Below, in pieces: positions 8,801 to 15,672 of a stretch of DNA of 29,974 nucleotides. Origin of the DNA: a virus (Duplodnaviria > Caudoviricetes); IMG/VR virus record IMGVR_UViG_3300021412_000006, positions 1 through 29,974 of that record, one strand, 5' to 3'. A program made the position numbers and the translations under genes. The notes beneath the pieces are model-generated. The model did no database searches. It worked only from the letters and a program-made list of their open reading frames with translations, and was not told the DNA's origin. Each line of letters starts with the position of its first letter. Position 1 is the stretch's first letter.

Positions 8801-9620
8801 TCATCATAGGCATAAGCGTGTCATACATTGCTGTACGTCGTGCCCGCTGAACTTCATTGAAGATACCACGAGGTGCGTTCTTAGGGGTACGGAAATTAGG
8901 ACCAAGAATCTGCACAGCGTTGCGGATAAGTCCGTTAGTCAGTGTGATTGCATTCTTAGAGTTGAACGAATCGAACTGAGCCTCTTGAAGTTTCTCTGAT
9001 TTCCGGGCGCCACTAGGTAGTGTAACCTTAAATTTTTCAAGGACACGAGTAATATCACGGCTAGTGTAGCCCTTTAAAGAATCAACTACTCCTGCTTTTT
9101 GTGCATCAGTCAAAGCCGCCTGAGTACCAGACTCATCTAATAGTGTATTATTTCCACCCTTGGCATCGTCTACAATTTCCTTAGCAGGCTTTACACCTTG
9201 GTTTGCTAGGTGTTGTTCAAAGGATTGCCAGGGGTTTTCTTCCGGAGCAAGTGGTCCACGCTCAAAAGTTTTAGGCATAGCAAAATCCAGCACGCCCTGA
9301 CCGGGCGATACTGCTTCTGACCCTAGGGATGGGACCCCCGGAACCTGAGGTGGCCGCTCCGGTCCAATGGTGGACGGGACGCGGGTGTGTGGGAGGGCAG
9401 GCTGCACCCACTGAGGCACCGTGACAGCCGGGATATTTTCAGTAGCGTTGGCTTGTTTATCCGTATTACGGATTAACTGCTCAGCGACATTATCAGGGGC
9501 TGTTGTTTTACCTGTAGCCGCGAGTTCTTTAGAAGCCTGCCCAACAGGGTCTAGTTCAATCGCTACTTTTGCTTCATTTTTAACAAACTTGGTACCTTCA
9601 AGGCCAAGTGCCTTAAGCAA
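5892..9620 (-). CDS. Very large internal virion/DNA-ejection protein, C-terminal part (frame open to 9785; probably continuous with 9662-10135)
   Basis: 1242-aa helical protein downstream of the nozzle gene; late motif DYSRFEQQVMRRGVLFYSWMRK; no convincing own start. Confidence 0.75.
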   Translation of the reverse strand: MLKALGLEGTKFVKNEAKVAIELDPVGQASKELAATGKTTAPDNVAEQLIRNTDKQANATENIPAVTVPQWVQPALPHTRVPSTIGPERPPQVPGVPSLGSEAVSPGQGVLDFAMPKTFERGPLAPEENPWQSFEQHLANQGVKPAKEIVDDAKGGNNTLLDESGTQAALTDAQKAGVVDSLKGYTSRDITRVLEKFKVTLPSGARKSEKLQEAQFDSFNSKNAITLTNGLIRNAVQILGPNFRTPKNAPRGIFNEVQRARRTAMYDTLMPMMKAADDTLRAKGIEPILGSGKSGLPLSLHDVLSAMPRHHVENYFMTNQKSIPMTAWLDIAKELVKYVRSGADDAAGAAAYKEVDSILAANIGRQGDKISNYNEFNSRMVANNPMGKTIADTEHYRLMRDLFNAAPAIAQKMETNSARYGIQYGRKVKQLELGTLKSFAEAVEATDGIGTDLLQIATDLPAIVETAVKASGEIPPVGAAEQALANLTEVAQKSLPLPEMEVQAAVGKATAKGNKIAAVKESLDSAEQEMGEIFDDLVPTADLNDLLELSNGIAQVRALFPHVANKDVRPILLGTESMTKTLAYKYHEQLGKISQAYTKDEISEAFYRVQTGHDQLVSNPRVKAATVELRNVIDMAFSSDTKIGKLARMGIDPRHINEKLGHFGVGDKYRFVGKNYDEAMGSWRSWENVDDPLALLSKTYAAGMGAYSEMLMGSRISKLFGEKTYKPGLVRITDSGGRSRVAKVIDPNLYYPDDIAKELRVLDNTLNELIKPASNNKVLRTFDAVTHMYKTQLTIYRPGHHLRNTYGDTWLGMMDGMFSPKWYEKGLKVMSARGGAYADWDPESLAKITATAAGKPVTKFTWRKPNGTTETVELNAEEAFRLGYAHGIYPTYQILEDLGMATNTGFDFTRSGISGGLRHINPMHYAEKLTNGGVKAGQVHKAAGKLSEVRDHYHRSAHFTYALENNPTVIANSFEEALDKVGVAASMRVRKWHPDGSDYSRFEQQVMRRGVLFYSWMRKAIPLVVEAHVMTPGRALLYPKAMYALAEANGIDLENGFGDPFPLDQLFPSWMENTSQGPVLGNADSGYFGMKTGVPSADILDGYFNVDNPGAIKSTLMGNLNPALKAPIEIGTAPKGAFAQDVRLGGAPVPTFADYITKQLPNSSLVENLTDRSLPGTSADPKSNQGYEPQLNVGGITLDSNAIAGLNWLSGLGISDMSKPSYQNSARKEKQQAKAQFVKDNR

Positions 9621-9661
9621 ACCTTTTCCAACAGGTGCAACAGCAGCACCAGGGATATAAG

Positions 9662-10135
9662 TTAGCGGATCAGAAACAACGTCAACGCCAAAGCCAGTAA
9701 GAGCACGAATCCAATCGCCAGCCTCATAGTATCTGGTTGCGAATCCTTGACTCCGATTTTCGCCAGTACGTCGACACCCGTAGGCTCAGTTTCACCCGTA
9801 AATCCTTTACGGAATGCTTCAATCGGATCATTTGCTAGGTCCGTCCAGACATTTCTAATGCCATAACCAGGGCGTGATAAAGTGTCAATGACGTTATGAA
9901 CTGCTGGATTACCAAGAACGTTCGCAAGTGTTTCGGAATGCAAAAGTTTCTCAAAAGGATTGTAGTCATCCCATTGAGATTTGCCGGGAGTACCCCCAGA
10001 CCATGCCACATAAGGAGTTCTGGGGGCAGCCGCCGTTACGGCGTTAGCAATGTCGTAAATTGACTTGGTATTTGTTACCTTAGCATTTGCCGAGATTGCA
10101 TTAAGCCGTGCTCGATAATTATCAAGCCACGTCAT
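9662..10135 (-). CDS. N-terminal part of the large internal virion protein (frameshifted)
   Basis: AAGG RBS + ATG; DTLSRP and KGFTGE motifs; overlaps the upstream extension (GFGVDVVSDPLTYIPG) of the next frame. Confidence 0.65.
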   Translation of the reverse strand: MTWLDNYRARLNAISANAKVTNTKSIYDIANAVTAAAPRTPYVAWSGGTPGKSQWDDYNPFEKLLHSETLANVLGNPAVHNVIDTLSRPGYGIRNVWTDLANDPIEAFRKGFTGETEPTGVDVLAKIGVKDSQPDTMRLAIGFVLLLALALTLFLIR

Positions 10136-10143
10136 TTTGCGCC

Positions 10144-11337
10144 TTAGTAGTTATAGCCGTAGGGCTGCTTATTACCTAGTTGCTGATACCAAAGACTTGC
10201 AAGACCCATCATTGCCTGAGCCTCAGCAGGAGTCTGTGAGTTATACGCAGCATACTGTTGAATATCAGAAAGTGTTGCAGTTCCATTATGATCAGCAGCA
10301 GCAGTTTGATATGCGCGCATAATACGTTGAACAGCATCCGCAGCCTGCGGACTATTTTGGCCAAACATCTGACCGGCTCGGGATGCCAGAATTGCGTAGG
10401 CATCGCCAGATGAATTTAGAGCCTTCTCACTATTAAGTTGGCTCGTCTGCTTATACTGGTTTACATCATTCTGGAACTTCTCTGTATCAAGCATAAGTCT
10501 AGCCTGGCCCAAGTCATTCTGGGCTGCATTCTGACCCGCACTACTTTGAAGTTGCTGCATCTTGTACCATTGATCAAAACCATTAGTAGCAGAGTCTTGC
10601 TGCATTTTTGCAATGGCTTGTTGGTACTGATTTTCAGCGGCTTTCTGCTGCGATGTAAGTTGTAGCCGCTGATTATCGAGACCCGACAGAGCGGTCTGCT
10701 TAGCCATAGTGGCGTCCCGTTGGGCGTTCTTGCCTACGAGACGACTATTGTCGGCAGTACGCTGATTGTAGGACATTTCATTCTGACCCTGTTGGCTATT
10801 AAATGCCTGGCGACTAGCCATATTCTGAGCCAGAGAACCTACTTGCTTCTGGGCCTGTTCTCCGATAGAACCTAGAGAACTACCAGCAGCCTGACCAAGT
10901 CCTAGACGTGCCAGCATTTCAGCAATAGCAGACTGATTCTGCTGAGCCTGATTAGATACAGAACTAATTGCATTGTTGTAGGCTGAGCCTACTTGCTGAC
11001 CGGTATTATCATACTGACCGCGAATCTGATCACCTTGGCTAGCAATTTTATCGCCAAGTTGATTGTAGACTGAACCTAAATCATTATAGGCTGAGTCATA
11101 TCGCTGACTAGTCTGGTTGATAATATTCTGTAGAACTTGAAACTGAGGACTAAATTGTTCAGAAGCCATCTGCTGAGCAGAAGGACCGCTATAAGGTGCG
11201 GGTGTGAAATCAGGCATACCAACAAAACCACTACTACCGGCATTTGCTGTAGCCTGCTGTGCTTGGGCTTGAGCAATAATTCGTTGAACATCAGCCGTTG
11301 TAAGCGGCGAAGGTCCTTCAGTCTCAAGAGGATACAT
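10144..11337 (-). CDS. Q/A-rich helical virion protein (putative ejection/pilot protein)
   Basis: Cys-free, Q/A/N/S-rich coiled-coil composition; lies between the nozzle and the large internal protein. Confidence 0.7.
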   Translation of the reverse strand: MYPLETEGPSPLTTADVQRIIAQAQAQQATANAGSSGFVGMPDFTPAPYSGPSAQQMASEQFSPQFQVLQNIINQTSQRYDSAYNDLGSVYNQLGDKIASQGDQIRGQYDNTGQQVGSAYNNAISSVSNQAQQNQSAIAEMLARLGLGQAAGSSLGSIGEQAQKQVGSLAQNMASRQAFNSQQGQNEMSYNQRTADNSRLVGKNAQRDATMAKQTALSGLDNQRLQLTSQQKAAENQYQQAIAKMQQDSATNGFDQWYKMQQLQSSAGQNAAQNDLGQARLMLDTEKFQNDVNQYKQTSQLNSEKALNSSGDAYAILASRAGQMFGQNSPQAADAVQRIMRAYQTAAADHNGTATLSDIQQYAAYNSQTPAEAQAMMGLASLWYQQLGNKQPYGYNY

Positions 11338-11340
11338 ATT

Positions 11341-12021
11341 TTATAGTCCGTACTGTGCAGCCCGACGGTTAATAGCGTCCTGGCGAGCCTTATCTGTCTG
11401 AACCTGCTGATCACTCTGGAAACCCTGCTGAGCAGCCAGAAGATTAGAAAGGAAGTCAGCCTTAGCCGTGTCTAGGTTACCGAACTTTGTGGAGTAATCG
11501 TTTTCAAAATCAGTATTAGCCTTAGCCCAAAGACCAGAAGTCATAAGACCTCGGGATGCATAGTCATCCTGTAGCGCACCAAAGTCTTGAGTCTTTTGCT
11601 TGCCTAGTTGATCTTTGTTCGTGTTATACTGACCAGTGTATTGGTCGGTCTGTAGTTTGGCGTTGTTTTGATAGTCAGCCCACGCTTTAGACAATGCGTT
11701 ATTCTGACCTTGGAAAGTAGAATCACCAGCAAGCCATTCATCTACTGATGGCGGAGCAGGAGCAGGCGGTTGAGTTACTGGAGCAATAGCACCTGTAGGA
11801 CCAGAACCTACTCTTGCCGGGGGCCTAGAAGGGGAAGCCGGAGTATAACGAGCCGGTGCCTTTTTAGGGGCCGGAGCCCTACTAATTCGACGAATTTGAA
11901 TCGGCTGTCGACCACCGCCAGTTTTTGCCCCAGGACTAAAACCTGAGACACCAAAACTAGGAGCAGGTCCCGCAGGGGCAACCACAGAGGGTCTGGGCCC
12001 CTCGCCTTCATATGCGTACAT
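11341..12021 (-). CDS. Putative internal virion/ejection protein
   Basis: Pro-rich N-half, helical C-half with ASRGLMTSG motif; AGGAG RBS; synteny. Confidence 0.7.
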   Translation of the reverse strand: MYAYEGEGPRPSVVAPAGPAPSFGVSGFSPGAKTGGGRQPIQIRRISRAPAPKKAPARYTPASPSRPPARVGSGPTGAIAPVTQPPAPAPPSVDEWLAGDSTFQGQNNALSKAWADYQNNAKLQTDQYTGQYNTNKDQLGKQKTQDFGALQDDYASRGLMTSGLWAKANTDFENDYSTKFGNLDTAKADFLSNLLAAQQGFQSDQQVQTDKARQDAINRRAAQYGL

Positions 12022-12273
12022 TTATGCACTCCTACTTGTACCAGGTTGTAACCATGCTGGACGCATATACGCCCCACGTTGTCCTGCTTGCATTCTGCGA
12101 AGCATGGCATTTCGCTTCATACGGGCCTGTAAATCTCGCTCGTCATAACCCTCAGGAGAGTTAGTTGGACCCACATTTGGAGCACCTTGGCTACCATATT
12201 GTTTTGCGCCAGCAGCATACTTCTGGAACGCCATGCCTCGACCTTGTAGATAGGCTAGGAAATTAGGATCCAT
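12022..12273 (-). CDS. Small putative virion protein
   Basis: AAGGA RBS; stop abuts the next ATG; 83 aa. Confidence 0.7.
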   Translation of the reverse strand: MDPNFLAYLQGRGMAFQKYAAGAKQYGSQGAPNVGPTNSPEGYDERDLQARMKRNAMLRRMQAGQRGAYMRPAWLQPGTSRSA

Positions 12274-12389
12274 TAGTCATCCTTGGAATGATTCGGACAA
12301 TCTTCGTCAGAATAAGGACAAGGACATGAATGGTCACCGTCAGCATCCGGAAGTTTTCCGCAATGATAGCAACGATCTTCATCAGTCAT
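12273..12389 (-). CDS. 38-aa Cys/His/Asp-rich microprotein (absent from the ORF track)
   Basis: MTDEDRCYHCGKLPDADGDHSCPCPYSDEDCPNHSKDD; TAATG overlaps at both ends. Confidence 0.65.
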   Translation of the reverse strand: MTDEDRCYHCGKLPDADGDHSCPCPYSDEDCPNHSKDD

Positions 12390-13930
12390 TAGTTAATCTT
12401 CTTACTTACTAGTGCCTTACTGGAAGTAACGGCCGTTAGGCTAAATACTCGGAGCGGACCAGTAGTAGTAGTTCCATCAACTGTTGTAGAGAGTTTAAAA
12501 GAGATTTGCCGGAATCGCAATCCTTTATTCAATCTTTGGAACATACGAGTTCCGCTAGGGTTAGCCGTACTGACTGAATCTGTAACATCTAGAGAGACGT
12601 CAATTGGTTTAGCCCATGTTTTAAGATCAGACCACTTAGTTACACCGTTACTAATCTGTGACCATTTGATTGGTACGTTATATGCAGTAGGGTGAACTCG
12701 ATAACTTACTGTCGTTTTAGCAAGAATATCAGCGCCCCACCAAAACATTCGCTTCCAAGTATATGGCACTTTATAGTCAAAGGTCTTAGTAACAAGACTA
12801 CATGGGAAATTCTCAGCGCCAGTAGTTTTATTGACAGTATCTAGGAACTTATACCATGCATTCTTACCGTTGTCGTAACACCCTGCAACCCAGAAATAAG
12901 CATTAGTTGTAGGGTCTAGGAAGGGGTAAGGAATAAAGTGCGAAGGGGTGTGGTCGCTACCGTTTGCAAATCTCCATGTGCTGAATGCTCGGGTCCGAAG
13001 TCCGAAAATGTAGAACGTGTCAAAATACCTACAGATAAGTCTGTTACCAACGACGGATATCGAAGAATCGCTCCATGTAGTACGGGCAACAGCGTTGAAG
13101 ATGATAAATGGTACCTTGACATTTAGAGGGTCCCAATTCCAGTTGGTAATACTGTAGAGAGTGTTACCAAATAGAATGTACATAACGCCTTCAAACTCAG
13201 CAAATGAGTTGACGTTAGCAATTCCTACGTTCGCCGCGACCAATTCTGTTTGACCTCGCGTGGGCTGAGAGTCATAAGAAAATGTATAAGTTGCACGGTC
13301 TTTAAAAACCACGATCCTGCCACCGAAAGCGTAAATTTTAACAATGTTCAGCCCATCCCCGTTATTTACGTCTAAGAAGTCAGTTCCTGCTGTCCAAGAA
13401 CTCAAGTTTGCGGGAGCAGAGAAATTAAGTCGTGAAGGGGTCGTAGATTGGCTACCGGAGGCTACAAAAAGTCGTTCTTTGTACATTGTTGCGGAAATCC
13501 CACGAGCCATTGCAGCAACTGCGGTAAATCCACCTACAGGGTCCCAACTTCCACCAGGATTAGCCGAGTTTGGAGTAGCAATGATCCAAAGTTTGTTCTG
13601 ATACTGAACTACAGCCTGTGTATCAATATTTGTAGCAATTGTGTAGAGGTGAGCACCCGAAGTTACGTCAAAAACTCGAAGATTCTTAGCAACATCAATG
13701 ATCACAAAATAAACTGATCCTGCTGTAGTCGTATATGTACCAAGAACATTGCTTCCAAGGCCAGGAGGTGAAGGCATCGTCTGCAAAGATGGACGACTCA
13801 CCAACGAGCCATCCAAATCAATGTCGAAATTGATTAATTCTTGGCACTCATTGTCGGCAATCTGAGTAGGCTCAGAATATGTGTTAATACCGCCAACAAA
13901 TGGGCCAATAAGTACAGGCGATCCTGGCAT
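12389..13930 (-). CDS. Tail nozzle / tail tubular protein B (P22 gp10/T7 gp12-like beta-propeller)
   Basis: N-terminal FVGGIN...IADNEC..LINFD...GSLVSR, SRLNFS and IVVFKD propeller motifs; follows the adaptor. Confidence 0.8.
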   Translation of the reverse strand: MPGSPVLIGPFVGGINTYSEPTQIADNECQELINFDIDLDGSLVSRPSLQTMPSPPGLGSNVLGTYTTTAGSVYFVIIDVAKNLRVFDVTSGAHLYTIATNIDTQAVVQYQNKLWIIATPNSANPGGSWDPVGGFTAVAAMARGISATMYKERLFVASGSQSTTPSRLNFSAPANLSSWTAGTDFLDVNNGDGLNIVKIYAFGGRIVVFKDRATYTFSYDSQPTRGQTELVAANVGIANVNSFAEFEGVMYILFGNTLYSITNWNWDPLNVKVPFIIFNAVARTTWSDSSISVVGNRLICRYFDTFYIFGLRTRAFSTWRFANGSDHTPSHFIPYPFLDPTTNAYFWVAGCYDNGKNAWYKFLDTVNKTTGAENFPCSLVTKTFDYKVPYTWKRMFWWGADILAKTTVSYRVHPTAYNVPIKWSQISNGVTKWSDLKTWAKPIDVSLDVTDSVSTANPSGTRMFQRLNKGLRFRQISFKLSTTVDGTTTTGPLRVFSLTAVTSSKALVSKKIN

Positions 13931-14595
13931 TAGTACATCCAGTCGTCATCATCATACAAAGTGGTCACTGTAGGGTAATACGCTCGCTGTGATTCTTGTT
14001 CATCAGCCTGTCGATCAAGGCCCTGTTGAAACTGGCTAAGTTTGAACTGTGAGTTTTGTGAGTCTTCATCTAGTTCATAAGCCTGAGACATGACGTACTG
14101 ACATAGAGCATTAAAGAATTGATCAGGAACAGTCAGAAGGTCAGTCATTGCAGTAATCTGAGCCGGGTTTTTTAGATAAAACACAGTCAAACCACTTGGA
14201 TAGTCATTATCAGGTGCAGGATAGACATAAATACTACCTGCCCAATCATACCAAAGTACCGGAGTACCACGAGCCTGGTTCTTTGTGTCTTGAGAAATAA
14301 TGTACTGCTCAGCCTCTTGGAATGTCTTATGTTCGACAGGCGTACCATTCACCCAAATTGACTGAATCTGTAGAATATCAAGAGCCGAAGGATCGTATGT
14401 TGTAACACCCGACAGAAGGTTAATACTAGCAGTAGCCTTAATTGCAGGGTTCTGTAGAATAATCTCCCGCTGGCCCATGTTAATCCAGGTGAGCACGTCA
14501 GAACTTGTAACCTGAACTGCTGCTTCATCACCAAAGATGCGCGAGACGTAGTTGTATACATCTTGCGCTTTCTTTGTAATCGGTGCCAGAGCCAT
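13930..14595 (-). CDS. Head-tail adaptor / tail tubular protein A
   Basis: 221 aa; WINMGQREI and GTP..Y....IYVYPAPD....L.V.Y motifs; directly precedes the nozzle. Confidence 0.78.
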   Translation of the reverse strand: MALAPITKKAQDVYNYVSRIFGDEAAVQVTSSDVLTWINMGQREIILQNPAIKATASINLLSGVTTYDPSALDILQIQSIWVNGTPVEHKTFQEAEQYIISQDTKNQARGTPVLWYDWAGSIYVYPAPDNDYPSGLTVFYLKNPAQITAMTDLLTVPDQFFNALCQYVMSQAYELDEDSQNSQFKLSQFQQGLDRQADEQESQRAYYPTVTTLYDDDDWMY

Positions 14596-15005
14596 TATTC
14601 AAACTTTCTGCCGTTGTGCTTGACAGTCCTATTCTGATGAATAGCCCAGGTAGTAAACTCTGCATCAGCGGCTTCCTGGTCCATTTTTTCACGCAGTTTC
14701 ATGGCCCGTTTAGCGGCTTCTTCAGCCTCAATCTCATCAATATTAGCGTTACGAGCCTTAAAAAGAGCCTGAATGATCCGATGGTCTAGTTGATCCTCAC
14801 GAATCCACATGACAGTGTAGGGCTCGTAACTCGGATGGAATTGAACGATCCGATATGGCTCATAGTCAATGCCAAAAGCACTACGCTCAGCAGGAGGAAT
14901 CCACTGTAGTTCTAGCGTATCGTCAAAATCTTTAATAACCTCAGCAATACGAGCAGCATTGGCTGAAAGTTCAATGCCTGCACCAGTAATGATAGGAGTG
15001 CTCAT
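14595..15005 (-). CDS. Hypothetical protein (structural module)
   Basis: TAATG coupling at both ends; 136 aa. Confidence 0.75.
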   Translation of the reverse strand: MSTPIITGAGIELSANAARIAEVIKDFDDTLELQWIPPAERSAFGIDYEPYRIVQFHPSYEPYTVMWIREDQLDHRIIQALFKARNANIDEIEAEEAAKRAMKLREKMDQEAADAEFTTWAIHQNRTVKHNGRKFE

Positions 15006-15664
15006 TAGGGAGCCAGTGTTCCGTATAGAAGGGGAATGTAATCGCCGTTAAGGTTAGGGGCACCAGATGCAGGGAATGCACCAGTAATACCATCCTGGAA
15101 CATAAAGGGGAATGTCTGGGTAGTATCAGCAAGGTTAACAAGATCAAAAGGTGTCTTAGCAGCAGCAAGTGAACAGACAGCAGTATGAAATACTGCACCA
15201 GCATAGTACAGCCCCGGAGCCAAAGTTAGAGCAGCAGCCATAGTTTTAATACCGGTAGTAGTAGAAGCAACCTCACCGGATTCTGCGTATTTAACTGCAT
15301 AATCCATTAAACCGGTCACAGGATTAGCACCCCAAAGACCAAATCTAACAGTGGCTCCTGCGGTACCTGCGGCAGAGACACGAACACCTAGTGTGCTAAT
15401 CTTAGTCTGACTTAGAAGTTGAAAAGGTCCAAAGCATCCTCGGTTTAGAGCAGCACTTGAACCAGAACCAGTAGGGTTAGTAAGAGGTACGTTATTTCCG
15501 TTACCTACCGCGTTAAGAAGTGTCTTCTGTGCACCAATTACAACAGTACCGTTTAAGACACCTTCGTAGAATCGCAGACGTAGATCGTCAATTTGTCCCA
15601 CGGTAACTCCTAGCATCTGCTTAAGGAATGCGTATTCTGCATCCGCTATGGTTCTACTTGGCAT
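15005..15664 (-). CDS. Fibre/decoration-like virion protein (paralog of 18081-19031)
   Basis: G/A/T-rich beta domain that aligns by eye with the C-terminus of the 316-aa protein; AGGAG RBS. Confidence 0.7.
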   Translation of the reverse strand: MPSRTIADAEYAFLKQMLGVTVGQIDDLRLRFYEGVLNGTVVIGAQKTLLNAVGNGNNVPLTNPTGSGSSAALNRGCFGPFQLLSQTKISTLGVRVSAAGTAGATVRFGLWGANPVTGLMDYAVKYAESGEVASTTTGIKTMAAALTLAPGLYYAGAVFHTAVCSLAAAKTPFDLVNLADTTQTFPFMFQDGITGAFPASGAPNLNGDYIPLLYGTLAP

Positions 15665-15672
15665 TACTGCTC

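Noticed and set aside
9290-9430. GC-rich patch in the giant protein gene
   Set aside because: Explained by a Pro/Gly/Val-rich linker; no flanking repeats, intron or intein signatures.
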